A stretch of 64,000 bases of DNA from Macrostomum lignano (Eukaryota), in contig NIVC01000709.1 in assembly GCA_002269645.1 (NCBI GenBank), forward strand, positions 310,001 through 374,000, in the 5' to 3' direction. The notes below the pieces were generated by a model. The model was given only the letters and a program-made list of their open reading frames with translations, was not told the DNA's origin and ran no database searches. The position numbers and the translations under genes were made by a program. Positions 25,472 to 43,812 of this stretch are shown here, in pieces; position 1 is the first letter of the stretch, and every line of letters begins with the position of its first letter.

Positions 25472-25899
25472 CACACGATGTCTGGTCACAGCCGACCGAG
25501 CCCTCTTCACACAGTCAGGTAGATGCCTGGTGGTCTGTCTCACGGATTGTTCAACATCGCAAGCAGCCGATGGTATGCCTCTGAATGGCTTATTTCAGTC
25601 AGTTAAAGATTTTGTGATTTACCTACATGTATTAGTTGCTGCTTAAAACGGGCTTCGACGCTCGCTACACGGTTACTTAAATTCCTTCATCGGAAAAGTA
25701 GTCGATGCGCGTATCTATTTCGGCGCAGTCCTCACCCTAACAACTAGCTGATTGAGCATTCTGTGTAAATTCTGTGCATTTCATAACAAGGCGAATTGTC
25801 CACACAGTTTTTAATATTAGCGTTCAAAAATTCAGACTTTACGAGTTTTCATCAGTTAGTTAGTTTCATTATCAGTTAGTTTCATTACTTGGAGACAAT

Positions 25900-26015
25900 G
25901 GGCCCGTTCTATAAAGCCATCGTAAGATAAGATCGTTCTTAGCTCCTATCTCCGCAGTGTATAAGTTCCGACGTACGATCGAACTTACGCTACGACAGCT
26001 TTATAGTACGACCCC
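25900..26015. mobile_element. Small foldback/MITE-like element
   Basis: Imperfect terminal inverted repeats gggcccgttctataaagc ... gctttatagtacgacccc. No clean TSD found. Confidence 0.45.
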
Positions 26016-26093
26016 CATAATTTCAGCGGCTATAATTTGTCCAAATGCCGTTTCAACTTGATTTAATTAAGACAGCTTCGAAGCAGCCATAAA

Positions 26094-26463
26094 GGGGGGG
26101 CCGTAGCCCAGCGGTAGCGCAGCTGCTCTGGTGTGCCAGCGACCCAGGCTCGATTCCAAGTGCAGTCACATTAATTTGGGGCTGAATTGGAATCTCGGCT
26201 TGGCTCTGCTCGTGCAATTAACGGCTTTGAGAGCCAACCCCCCAAGGCGCAGTGAAGTGTACATGCCTAACGATAATATAAAGTTAGGGCCGCTGTACAC
26301 TCCTGTGTGAGTGTGTGCCTGCGTACGTATCCGCGCGCTTGTGTGCCTGCTCAGGGGAGTCGGCGGAATGGGCATTAATGCCTCTCGCCGGTTGTGTGCC
26401 TATGTCGCTTAAAGTGCGCCAGGGTGCACACAACCCCCTGCCTCTAATAAAAAATAAAAAAGC
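26094..26463 (+). mobile_element. tRNA-derived SINE (family B)
   Basis: A box tagcccagcggtag, B box ggctcgattcc, A-rich tail aataaaaaataaaaaa. Reverse-strand homologs at 32558-33336 and 47553-47712, and a diverged one at 43672-43812. Confidence 0.8.
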
Positions 26464-27607
26464 AGTTATAAACCCCACACGGACGTCTACAGGCACTGCA
26501 AGCCAGTCCAATATCCGCCAAAGCCATGTTTTTTTAAAAAGCTCTAATTGTCAGAAATGCTCATTCTTTCGTTCAATAAAGGGCCAATTTTCGCAGTTTT
26601 TATGATTTTTAACGTTAAAATGCGAAATTTATTGATCAAACTTAGTAGTTTCATCCCTAAAACCATAATTTCAACCACTAATTTGTCCAAATTCTAGCTG
26701 CTTCAACTTGTCCTGCGACAGCTTCGAACCAAGAAAAATGAATTATCACACACACTGACCACCATATACATGTACATGCATATGCATGTCGACACAGAAT
26801 AGTGATTATTGAAAGCAAAATTGCATTTTTCATTTAAGAAGGTCAATTTCACAGTTTTTACTATTCTTAACGTTAAAATGCAAACTTTATTGATCAAAAT
26901 AAGTTATTATGCATCAAAAGAACCATAATTTTTTCAATATCGTCACAAATGCTGTTTTCAAACTTGACACAAGACAGCTATAGCTTTCGAGCGAAAGTCG
27001 AAAGAGCTGCTTGACCTTTGCAGAAAAAGCATGTTTTTTTATATTTAATCTCGTTAGCGCGCATTGAGCAATTTCTTAACCAAGACACTACTGCATTTAC
27101 CACCACGGAAGTTTTAGTAGTTTTAGTCTATTAGCTGCCTACTACGCCACATTAGCAACTCCAACTAAGTAACCAAATCTATTTATCCCGCACCGCGGCT
27201 CTGCCGGACATTTAATAGTAGTTCGCGTGCTGAATATATAACCCCTCCAACCGTATTTATCTTACACCGCCTAATACATGTAATTGACAAATTGACAACG
27301 TACTAATATTAATATTTATCCTTCTTTGAAGCCCATAGCATTATCTTGAGTAATTTGCCCGTGAGGCGTAAAAGCAACCAATCGTTCTCAACTCTAAGCG
27401 AGCTCTGGGAAACTAACGTTCCGTAATACGTAAATTATGGTGGTGGCAGCGATACGCTACTATTAGTAAGCATCAACGAATATCGACGTACATTGAATTT
27501 ACGGTGTCTAAAAGACCCAATTTGAACGACCGTGCCTAACGAAGACCGCTCGAATACGATTAAAACACCTTTCCCGGAACTGAGGACCCGGCAGACGGAG
27601 TACACAG

Positions 27608-28785
27608 CAAGGACCACTGTATATACACAAGGACTACTCAACAACTCAGGAAGTTACACTTGCGAATGGTAGAAATTCTAGAAAAAGCCGCTTGCTCCGC
27701 TGTGTCTATGGCAATGATCGAAGCCTTTTCACTAACAAACTCTCATACTCTCAGTGCAAGGTTTAAACAAAGTGAAGCAACAATTTTTGTTTTTCATCCA
27801 AATTCTTATCACACGTTCTTTTTGTTCAAAATGCAAATGAATGCTGCGTCCCAGGATGCAGAAGCAATTATATAAGCGGCGAAAAATGCACTGTTTTCGG
27901 CTTTCCAAAGGAAGAAGCTGAAGCTGATGCATGGCTCAATGCGTTGCCTGTGCAAGTATAAGGTAATTCATGTAACTTTTGACCCTAATTTCTCGTCCCT
28001 ACTATAAAGATACGCGAGTGACTGTATTGCGGTGATTATTCAATTTTATCTATAGAAGGCTAGCATCTACATGGGAGTTGGGTTTTCAGCACAGGCTGCA
28101 GCGCAGTCAACTGCATGGAAGCAATTTTCAACAGGAAGCGCAGCTATGAAATCTCTGCAAGCCCTGCAGCTCATTCTCACATAGCTGCGCTTCAGTCGAT
28201 CTGTCTACCGGTAAAATCATCTGATCCACGTCAGCAATTTCTTCTAGGCGATTCTGGGCAGCGTTGTGTTGACAGTCCGTGCTTGTTTGAGAAAATATTC
28301 GAAAAAAATTGTGTGTGCGAGTGTCTCGAAGGCTGGCCAACTCCGTCTATAAAGGAATCCGAGACTTCAGGCAGAGAATCCGAGACTTTCAGGCAATCAA
28401 CCACTGCTTGCTCTCGCCGACTTCGCAAACTGAAACCTAGCTGAATGTCTCTTTTAAACATCTTTATGTTCATCTGGATCTATTTTGCCTTATACAGTTG
28501 TATACAGAGTTCCATCAGTTGCATATCCTACTCTTTAATTGTAATGTACTTCTTGTAGCGACTATATTTGTATTTTTTAATTATATATTCGTAAAAAAAT
28601 ATATATATAGCGAACAGTTTATGAGCACCTACCACTAGATAGGTTAGCACTTGCTTCTTTATCGAAAAAGCTTATTGAAAAGCCATAGAAACAGCTAAAG
28701 CAAGCGGCCTTTTCTAGAATTTCTACCAATCGCGAGTGTAACGTCCTGAGTTGTTAAGTAGTCCTTGTATATACAGTGGTCCTTG
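27608..28785. mobile_element. Non-autonomous hAT-type DNA transposon
   Basis: TIRs of about 120 bp starting caaggaccactgtatatac. Perfect 8-bp TSD gtacacag at 27600-27607 and 28786-28793. Confidence 0.88.
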
Positions 28786-28986
28786 GTACACAGGAGAAAA
28801 TTTGTTGAGATTTGACTGCGGGACTTTCCGGCATAATTCGTGCGAACTCAACGCTGGCGGCATTTCAAATTTGTCAAGCCGCCCAACTTTCGAAAAAACT
28901 TTCTAGCTATCCCCACTTCAATTATATAGTCTGTCATTTGCTTCTAAAGCTTAAAAAATATTTATTTATATTTTCAGAACCTCAAA

Positions 28987-29766
28987 ATGGGCCGTAGAAA
29001 GATTGAAAAACAAACTTCTGTAAAGAAATCAAATAGAAAAACTATTGTCAATATGACAAAGAAGGCAGAGAAGAGATCGACCAGAGGGAATGGAGCCAAT
29101 AAAAAAAAGCCTTCAGTAAAGCACTTGTCCCACTTCCTCCGTATCTACAAAGGACTCGAGGACTGGCACATACCTATCTTTGCTGCAGTTAAGCAGTTCT
29201 GTGGGAACATAGCCACTGTGATGTACCCTGGTTGCGACAAACATCTCACCGCTTCGCTCATCTTCGACAATGTGACCTACATCGACCTTAACTCCAAGAT
29301 GCTGCCTTTCTTCAGTGATCCGGCTATTCATTCCTGGATTGAGGAGAACAAGCAGTATACTGGACCGACCATCTACAATTTTGAAAACACAAACTTTGAT
29401 AGGTTTGTTCCTGTGAATAATAAGCCCTACGACCTGGTGATTTCGGCATCAGCTGGACTTGTCAGTAATTCCGCCTGCATGAAATACCTAAAAAATGGCG
29501 GCCATTTTCTAGTGAGCGATGCTCACTTTGATGCCAGAAATGCCTATACAAAGAAGCATTTTAGTCTGGTAGCTGTCTATGATTCTGAAAGTGGGCAGTT
29601 GATCAGCGAGAAGAAATGTTTGGATGATTATTTTTTGACAACAGAGAAAAAGAAGATAACTAAGGTGCAGGTTGAAGAAAGTGTTTCGAAACCTAAAAAT
29701 AAGCGATCATTTAAGTTGATAAAGGAACCTTCAGCTTGCTTCTTCTTGTTTAAGAAAATTAAATAA
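28987..29766 (+). CDS. Intronless 259-aa protein, probable class I SAM-dependent methyltransferase-like fold with a basic N-terminus
   Basis: Clean non-repetitive ORF, aaaATGG context, upstream acceptor ttttcag at 28972-28978. Motif-I-like VMYPGCDKH, beta2 VTYIDL, motif-IV-like PYDLVISASAG, and KYLKNGGHFLV. The family assignment is from memory, not a search. Confidence 0.75.
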   Translation: MGRRKIEKQTSVKKSNRKTIVNMTKKAEKRSTRGNGANKKKPSVKHLSHFLRIYKGLEDWHIPIFAAVKQFCGNIATVMYPGCDKHLTASLIFDNVTYIDLNSKMLPFFSDPAIHSWIEENKQYTGPTIYNFENTNFDRFVPVNNKPYDLVISASAGLVSNSACMKYLKNGGHFLVSDAHFDARNAYTKKHFSLVAVYDSESGQLISEKKCLDDYFLTTEKKKITKVQVEESVSKPKNKRSFKLIKEPSACFFLFKKIK

Positions 29767-30844
29767 ATACTACTGCTATAAGCAACCTTTCTTTTGGTAA
29801 AACTTTATACTACTTATTGTCATAATTGTTTTTTTAATGATTAATAAGCGTCTTTTGCTATGATTTCATCGAGACATAATTTGTGTCTGTAACACAAAGA
29901 CAATGAATTGTACTATAATGCAAAACAGCATGTAGTATCCTTTTGCGATATGTCTACCTAGCCTACTTTGTATTTTTAAACCTCCATAAAAATTAACATT
30001 GTTTTGAAAGCTTAGAAATCTTTGATTTGAAATGGTCAGCTCATTGTCTTTGCAATTGACTTCATCCTGACAGCCTCTGCTGGGTGCTGGCATAGAAATT
30101 TGTGCTTTATGAAATTGATTGTTATATATCCTAATTTGTTGTTTGTTACACTATTTGTTACTACTATTTGTTACATTTAATATGTATAATATTTTTCAAA
30201 TGAATCCATAAATTTGTGCTTGTTAGCCTATGTGTAAATGTGTATTTCTTTTCAAGTAAATCCTGTTGGTTTATTAATAGCAATAGTTTTTTATGTTAAT
30301 ATAAAATTTAAACATTGCATAAAGTGTGAATCTTTTTTAGGAAAGCATATAATATACCTTTTTTAAATTATTTTTAAGTAAAATGACCCCAGTAACAAAC
30401 TTTAATTGATGATTATCATTGTTATTTTATATATTATAATGCTCCTTGTCACAATGATGTCGTTGTTCTACATGTATATAAATCATGCATTAATTAAATT
30501 ACTGCCATATAGTCTTATGTAGTGTTCCACCATAAGGGGGTCCCTGTGCCGTAGCCATAGCTGTAAGCAAAACTACTGCTTATTCTAATTCTCTGTATTC
30601 TGTAGCCATAGGGACCCCAATATTACCATATTCCTGTAGTCCCCATAGCCATAGCCATAGTTTTAACAAAAAGTCTAGGAAATAAAATATTTCAAATCAG
30701 GACATTCCTCCAGCCAAACTGACGTCACGACTCAACTGTGTGACCCAGCCGCTGCTGGTGGCGTTGCAGCAGCCGAAAGTGCAGAAGGAGCCGCCGCTGG
30801 CCCCAGCAGAGAATGATGAGCTCTCGAATCCGCCGCTGAAGCCT

Positions 30845-31013
30845 GTCTACCCTCTACAGACACCTCTCTACCTCCACAGACACCTCTCTACCCGCTACAG
30901 GCACCTTCTCTCCCTCTACAGACACCTCTCTACCTGCTACAGGCACCTTCTCTACCTCCACAGACACCTCTCTACCCGCTACAGGCACCTTCTCTCCCTC
31001 TACAGACACCTCT
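30845..31013. repeat. 21-bp family minisatellite (cagacacctctctacccgcta-like)
   Basis: Continues at 31835-32160 after the LTR-like insertion. Same family as 46480-46850. Confidence 0.85.
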
Positions 31014-31834
31014 TGTGATGATGGGGCTCAAGGGCTCGGTCCTTTCGTGCCCCTTTCCCAGACCCGGGTTCGTGTACTGACCCTGGCTGCGGTCCTCCAC
31101 TGACACGCGTACGACGCGGTGTCCGTCGGGACTAGGCTGCTCGAGCGTACGACGCACGACAGCCTACAGACTCGCGTACGACGCAGAGCTGCTTGGGGTG
31201 GGACCGGCGTACGACGCACTTAATCCCTCTAAGGTGCCTAGTACAGATGCAGACCCAAATGACGTACAAATTGGAAGGCTTACCAGCCGCGATTTCAGTC
31301 GTACAAGAAACAGCGCCATCAGAGCAGTGGTGATCTCGATATCCTTTACTTATATATTTGTCTAGCAATTCTGCGAGGAATAGCAATTCAGCAACCAACG
31401 CTGGCACAATCGCCGAGGAGCCACAAAGACGACGAGAATGGGGTCTCAAGGGGCTCTGAATAAATAGGCAGCAAACTGGAGGTTGAGGGCGCGGGATAAA
31501 GGCAGAAAAGGGGGCTTAGACATCAGCCAAGGCAACGCATGAGCTGTACCAGCCAATCGCCGGGGCGCAGCACGGCAGACTGGGACTGGCAGCCAATCAC
31601 AAACAGGGGCGGGGCAGCAAAGCTAACAAAATAATGGGGCGGGGTCGCACGCAGAGCATGGGGGGGGTTGACTCAACAGAAAAGGTCTAGGCAGGGAGCG
31701 GAGGGGTACGCACGCGCAGAAGTGCAGGTGGGTGAGTCAGAAAATATCTAAGGAGGGGGGAGGGGGAGAGGACGGCCCACTGGCCCGGTGCAGCAACTTA
31801 GCAAAGAGCACACTGTCATAACACATTCATGACA
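31014..31834. mobile_element. Probable solo LTR inserted in a minisatellite
   Basis: Termini tgtgatga...tcatgaca (7/8 inverted) and 4-bp TSD ctct. Contains two CCAAT and two GGGGCGGGG boxes plus AATAAA. No coding capacity recognised. Confidence 0.6.
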
Positions 31835-32450
31835 CTCTCTATCTGCTACAGGCACCTTCTCTCACTCTACAGACACCCCTCTATCCGCTACAGACACCTC
31901 TATCCGCTACAGACACCTCTCTCTATCCGCTATAGACACCTCTCTCTATCCGCTACAGACACCTCTCTCTGCCCTCTACAGACACCTCTCTCTACCCTCT
32001 ACAGACACCTCTCTCTACCCGCTACAGGCACCTACATGTATCTCTATCCGCTACAGACACCTCTCTCTATCCGCTACAGACACCTCTCTCTATCCGCTAC
32101 AGACACCTCTCTCTATCCGCTACAGACAACTCTCTCTATCCGCTACAGGCACCTTCTCTATCCGCTTCAGACACAAACCATCTATACAATACTGCTGCAG
32201 ACACCTGCCATCTATACAATACTGCTGCAGACACCTGCCATCTATACAATACTGCTACAGATACCTATCTATACAATACTGCTGCTGACACCTGCCATCT
32301 ATACAATACTGCTGCAGACACCTGCCATCTATACAAAACTGCTGCAGACACCTGCCATCTATACAATACTGCTACAGACACCTATCTATACAATACTGCT
32401 GCAGACACCTGCCATCTATACAATACTGCTACTGACACCTGCCATCTATG
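31835..32450. repeat. Compound minisatellite (21-bp cagacacctctctatccgcta, then about 30-bp ctgccatctatacaatactgctgcagacac)
   Basis: Two adjacent tandem arrays. Confidence 0.88.
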
Positions 32451-32557
32451 CTCCAGTCTTTCCTGCTCGCTAAGAGGGGACTTGTAAAGAAAGAAAGACT
32501 GGGAACAGATCAGGATGTGCTGGGCAAATACGAGTAAATGTACAATGCACATGTAGC

Positions 32558-33336
32558 TTTTTATTTTTTATTAGAGTCAGGGTCTGTGCGCACCTACCCT
32601 GGCGCACCTTAGGCGACTTTGTCTCAGAATCGGCGGTTCTGCACTACTGCCCACTCGGCGGACTCCCCTGAGCAGGCACACAAAGGCGAGGATACGTACA
32701 TGTACGCAGTCACGCACAGGCACATAGGAGTGTACAACTTGACTTTATTTATCTATACAGTCTTTATCCCTCCATCTTCTGCTCACAAGCCAGAAAGAAT
32801 TTCTAACACACTGGCCTCTGATCGGGCCCTATTACGAGTGTGAGGCTCACATCTCCGAATCTCTGATCCCTGTGCCGCAAATTATTCAAGGCAGTGTATT
32901 TTATAGTCAAGCAAGCAAACTGGTTTAGTTGACATAGGTGCGCATAGTTTGAGCGGGGCAGGGTTATCGCTCGAGCATTTTTCTCTGTCCCGTTGTTAGG
33001 CAACCATATCACCCCCCCAAAAGCATTGCTGCGAGTCTACTGTGTCACGCGTTCGCAGGCTGCTGGCTTGGCCTTCGAACCTCAGCTTTGTTATCTGCCC
33101 TTTAGTGTAGAGCTGGTCTGGCTGGATAGCACCGGTCGAGACGAGAGGAGGCCGTTGTTTTTTCGCTTCGATGTAAGCACAATTCCAGTGCGTACATTAT
33201 CGTTAGGCATGTACACTTCACTGTGTCTCGGGGTTTGGCCCTCAAGGGCGTTAATTCCACGACTGCACTTGGAATCGAGCCTGGGCCGCTGGCACATCAG
33301 AGCGCCGCGCTATAGACCACGGGCTACGCCCCTCCC
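32558..33336 (-). mobile_element. SINE family B copy interrupted by an insertion of about 430 bp
   Basis: 33336-33185 matches the 5' part and 32757-32558 the 3' part of 26094-26463 (reverse complement). Confidence 0.7.
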
Positions 33337-33939
33337 ATACATGTAGCTTTGTTAAATACTGACAAATATAAAAGTGCCACTATAGATCTGGTACCTGCAA
33401 AGTACACCGCTGCATCTCCGTCGCCACCAGCAGCCAGCTGGAGCAGCTCAGCCTCTGTGTACACGAAGGAGGCATCCGCCGGTCACGCAGTTGCCAGAAC
33501 AGGTTTGCCTTGAGTATTCTACATGATTCGTGCCCCGCTGGCCAACAGCAACGGTCAGCGCAGTGCCGGCCGAGAGGTTGAAAGACCCGGCGATGCGGGC
33601 ACCACGACCTCCTTCGTACAGATCTTGCTCAGTATGTACGTTCTCGTTGATGGATCCGCCGCTGGCTCAGAGGGCTTCGATGCGGTAGCAGCCATGCAGT
33701 CTGCGGCACGGCGCGGCCTGCACGGAGCTGAGAATTTGTAGCAGCGCTTGTGAGAACTGCATCAGCCGGTCAGAACTCAGCATGGACTTGCAGTATCTAC
33801 TCACCGACAAAAGTGCACCAGGGGCACCAAAGCTCGGCTTGAATCCACTCTAACCCAAAGCTCAAGCAAGTGTACGTGGGCTCAAGTAAATCCCAGCCAG
33901 CCTCCTTCAGCTGGCTGATAAGATAACCTGCTGCAGTTG

Positions 33940-36007
33940 TTGTTGTTGTTGATTGCGGTGAGCATCGCACAGGGGCCGCCAGTCGACGGCTCCCAGGAGC
34001 TGCGCCACCATATCCACACGTGCAAAGTCGCTCAGATTAGTGACGCCGATGTTGCGGCGAATTGTTTCGAGTCTAGGGCACGTTCAGAGGTGGAATTGGT
34101 CCGGGACATCCAGGCAAAGACGGCAGGGGCCGCCATTGGAGATGCCTGTGCTGTTGCGATAGTAGTTGGAGTCAGGGCAGTGGCCTGCTCTCTGACTTGC
34201 GCCACGAGGATTTTTTGGCGGCGTGGTCCCTGATGGAAGGAGATCGGTTTACCGTAGACCTCGGCCATGTGCCCTTGAAGGGTTGGACAGTACTTGAGAT
34301 GACGAATGCGCTCTTTAGCGGCTGCAAAGAATATTTTGGACTCGTCCTGAGGCAGGGTGGCCGCGAGCTTGGCCTCCGCGTCGACCAGTTCGTTACCGGG
34401 CACTCCCGAATGTCCCGGAACCCATTGCAGGGTAATCTTCGTGTGCATGGCTGCGTTAGCGAGGAGATCTTTAACTTGCTCAAGCCGCAGGTTGAGGGTT
34501 GGACGGTCAGCTTTGACGGCGGCGATGGCGCTCTGGCTGTCGGTTAGAATGACGGCTTGGCGCGGCTCGGAGCTGAGAATGTCTTCCAGGGCGAGCTTGA
34601 TAGCCATTAATTCGGCTTCATAGGAGTTGCACCAGCGACCCGCTGCTGCGTGCCTGCGGCGACGGATGGTGCTTTCTTGGTCGAGGAGGATCCATGCGGC
34701 TCCGCCGTTTTCAACCCCTCCGGTGGCCGAGCCATCCGTGTAGTAGGTGCAGGAACCTGGGCAGCGTTGCTCAATGGCTGCAAAAATTTGTTCGGTCGGA
34801 GTGGCTCCCAGGTCTGGCAGGTTGGTGAAACAGTCGATGCCCTGGTCGACAAGAGAGGCCCAGGGTGGCCGACGGGTAAGGTGGAAGGGCATGCGCGGGA
34901 GCGGCATCATGGAGTCGCAGATGCGCCTCGCTTGTTCGCGCAGGCCTCTGTTAGCCGCAAGACGGACGTTCGAGTGCCTTTCGCAGATCTTGCGAAATGG
35001 GTCGCTGAGAGGGCGACGGATGGCTTTCTCGTAGGTGAGCAGAGCACGCCTGTGGGCCTCAACGCTGATGGGGTCGACCTGAGCTTCCAGGTAAATGCTT
35101 CCGTGGGGGTCGATCGTGGCGGGCCGGTGATGGTGCGCAGCGCCTCCCTTTGGGCGCGGTCGAGCTCATCCAGGCGAGTCTTGGACAGCCAGGGCGTCCA
35201 GGCCGATGCTGCATGCCAGATTACCGACTCGACCAGAGCACGGTAGACTTTGATCAGGAGGAGGCGATTCCATCCCCAATCCCGGTTGACTAAAGCTTTG
35301 ATGATGGCGGTTCGATGGAGCATTTTGTTCTTGATTTTGCTCAGGTGTTTGTCGAAAAGAAGACCGCGGTCAATCGTGACCCCGAGGAACTTCAGCGCCA
35401 GCTTGCTGGGGATAGGACGGCCAAGCACCGAGAGTTAAACGGTGGTGTCGCGATCGGCTCGGTTTCGGGAGAACAGACAGTATTCAGTCTTCGACGGGTT
35501 GAGCTCGATGCGAAGATTTTTGGCCCACTTTTCGATGAGGCGGAGGGCCCTTTGAATGAGCTCACGGACATCAGTGATGTTTCTGCTGGAGGCCCTGGGG
35601 TATTTCTGCTGGGGTATCCACTGTAATCGACATCTTGGACGATGTGGTCAGCCCAGGCGTTGATGTAAAGAAGGAACAGGACCGGGGAGCTGACGGCGCC
35701 TTGCGGGACGCCCTCCCGGAGCCTGCTGCCAATGCGGACCGCAAGCTGCATGCCCTCCAGGAAGCTGCCAAACCATCTCACCATACAGGCCGGCAGACCT
35801 TCATCCATCAGGCGGGAGATCATGAGCAGGGTCCTCCAGACGCGGTCGAAAGCGCGTGATCAGTACTGCTAGGGTCTTCAGGTGCGGAGACTGTTCCCAG
35901 CCGTCCTGGATAGCCTGGACCAGCCGGGCCACTTGCTCCTCACAGCTACGGCCGCGCTGGAAACCGGCTTGCCAGGGAAGGATTTTATTGTGTTGCTCCA
36001 GCCAGCG
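33940..36007 (-). mobile_element. 5'-truncated non-LTR retrotransposon with RT and RNase H (I-group, Ingi/Nimb-like)
   Basis: RT motifs QAGFQRGRSCEEQ, AFDRVW, GVPQGAVSSPVLF, KFLGVTID. RNase H YYTDGS, SYEAELMAI, ILTDSQS, WVPGHSGVPGNELVD. C-terminal CRLC...H..C. (CAA)n tail. 14-bp TSD acctgctgcagttg at 33926-33939 and 36008-36021. Frameshifted. Confidence 0.9.
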
Positions 36008-36569
36008 ACCTGCTGCAGTTGCTGCTGCTGCGGCTCACAAGCCAGCCGGATGTCAAACACAGATAATTATTAACTTTTACGAGCTAGTAGCACCTTCAAC
36101 TTCGACTTGAGCAGTTATCTCAGGCCCTTAGCCTCAGAGACCGTCAAGACTGCTCTCCGCCTTCCGCATTCAGTTTTACTTCGTGTGAAAAAAAACCACT
36201 GAACGCGAAGAAAATAAGTATAAAAATCTATAAAGTTTGATTCGCAGAGTAAAACAATATAATTGTAAGAAGCCAGCAGAACTTTTGCGGAATCTACATG
36301 TATCAACACATTTGAAAAATAACAAATAATTTCTGCACCAAAAAGTTAAAAAGCGCGAATGCTTTGATTTTGAGAATTTGAGAATCAACATCGCCTGCTG
36401 TGAGCTCTGATGAGTCGCTGTTACTGAGAGGGCGAAACGCTTCAAATTTGTTTACTGTCTGGCTAGATAGTAAGTTTTCCAAGAATTCACAAAAAAATGT
36501 TAACCCAAGTTGCTGAGCGCTTTGTACATCAACCTCCAATCAGTGAGTTCGAGTTTGAGCTCGAGCTGT

Positions 36570-42463
<5,894 letters not shown>

Positions 42464-42890
42464 GATGCGGTTTCTGGAGCTTCTGGAGCTGTTCTATTTG
42501 CAGTCCTTGCAATTTAAACTGCTGTTTCAAGTGCCAAGTTCGCCGAGTTCGCCTTTCTGTTTAGGGCAGGACAGGAGCAGAGCAGACGTTAGCAGAACGT
42601 TTGACCCCGCTGCGTCTGCAGAGTTCTTAAACAGGGGAAGGGTTGAATGTACAGTACACACTTGGCCTGGCTATGTACATTGATCCACTCCGCTAGCTGC
42701 CGTTAGCGGGAATGAAAGGCTTTTGGCGAGGAATAGAGGGGGTAAGAGAGTGGAACGAAGGGTAGAGCCAGTAAGTGTACACTCATCAGCAAGAAGCGTA
42801 CGTTAGAGGCTGCAGATTGAAGACAGAAACACGTAGTTTAGTAGAAGGATTGGGCCGAAGTGTCCGTGTCCAGATCATTTTTATGGACAG

Positions 42891-43610
42891 GTAGCTATGT
42901 GCTCAGGGATTGGTAGCTATGTGCTGAGGGATTGGTAGCTATGTGCTCAGGGATTGGAAGCTATGTGCTCAGGGATTGGTAGCTGTGTGCTGAGGGATTG
43001 GTAGCTGTGTGCTGAGGGATTGGTAGCTGTGTGCTGAGGGATTGGTAGCTATGTGCTCAGGGATTGGTAGCTATGTGCTGAGGGATTGGTAGCTATGTGC
43101 TCAGGGATTGGAAGCTATGTGCTCAGGGATTGGTAGCTGTGTGCTGAGGGATTGGTAGCTGTGTGCTGAGGGATTGGTAGCTGTGTGCTGAGGGATTGGT
43201 AGCTATGTGCTGAGGGATTGGTAGCTATGTGCTCAGGGATTGGTAGCTATGTGCTGAGGGATTGGAAGCTATGTGCTCAGGGATTGGTAGCTGTGTGCTC
43301 AGGGATTGGTAGCTGTGTGCTGAGGGATTGGTAGCTATGTGCTGAGGGATTGGTAGCTATGTGCTGAGGAATTGGTAGCTATGTGCTGAGGGATTGGTAG
43401 CTATGTGCTCAGGGATTGGTAGCTATGTGCTCAGGGATTGGTAGCTATGTGCTCAGGGATTGGTAGCTATGTGCTCAGGGATTGGTAGCTATGTGCTCAG
43501 GGATTGGTAGCTATGTGCTGAGGGATTGGTAGCTGTGTGCTCAGGGATTGGTAGCTATGTGCTCAGGGATTGGTAGCTGTGTGCTCAGTGATTATTAGCT
43601 ATGTGCTCGT
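42891..43610. repeat. 22-bp minisatellite (agggattggtagctatgtgctc), reverse complement of the 39680-40862 unit
   Basis: Tandem array upstream of the GGT start codon. Confidence 0.93.
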
Positions 43611-43671
43611 TTAGTTAAGTGATTGGTAAGCTACTCATTCATTAAACAGACAGTAGTTATAGCAATGTGTA

Positions 43672-43812
43672 GCAAAGCAGCTCAGCGGCAAACGCTTCTG
43701 ACTGTAGCGCTACGATCCCTGGTTCGATTCCCTGAGACAGTGAGAGTGTACATGGCCTGATGATTAGAAAGTCGGGGCCACACATTGTGTGAGCGTGCGT
43801 ATGAGTGCGTAC
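43672..43812 (+). mobile_element. Diverged tRNA-derived SINE fragment (family B-related)
   Basis: A box agctcagcgg and B box ggttcgattcc, followed by cagtgagagtgtacatggcct, which resembles cagtgaagtgtacatgcct of family B. Confidence 0.55.

Larger units (their letters stand above)
30697..33717 (-). pseudogene. ALK/LTK glycine-rich-domain-like gene remnant
   Basis: Exon 33717-33395 encodes VPQT-GCYRIEAL*ASGG...GGRGARIAGSFNLSAGTALTVAVGQRG...SFVY...LAAGG, with a stop at 33667-33669 and frameshifts. Exon 30835-30697 encodes GGFESSSFSAGASGGSFC...GWVTQ. Confidence 0.6.

Noticed and set aside
26545-26990. Degenerate AT-rich blocks of 200-270 bp repeated 3-4 times (25770-26990)
   Set aside because: Similarity is visible but no termini or coding signal could be defined. 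It is probably an old satellite or TE remnant.
28115-28444. 109-aa ORF inside the hAT element with an FLLGDSG motif reminiscent of MULE transposases
   Set aside because: A single short motif with no other transposase features is insufficient.
31107-31217. CRISPR-like repeat-spacer pattern
   Set aside because: The repeats are only 11 bp, the spacers are irregular (18-27 bp), there are no cas genes, and the context is a eukaryotic LTR-like insert.
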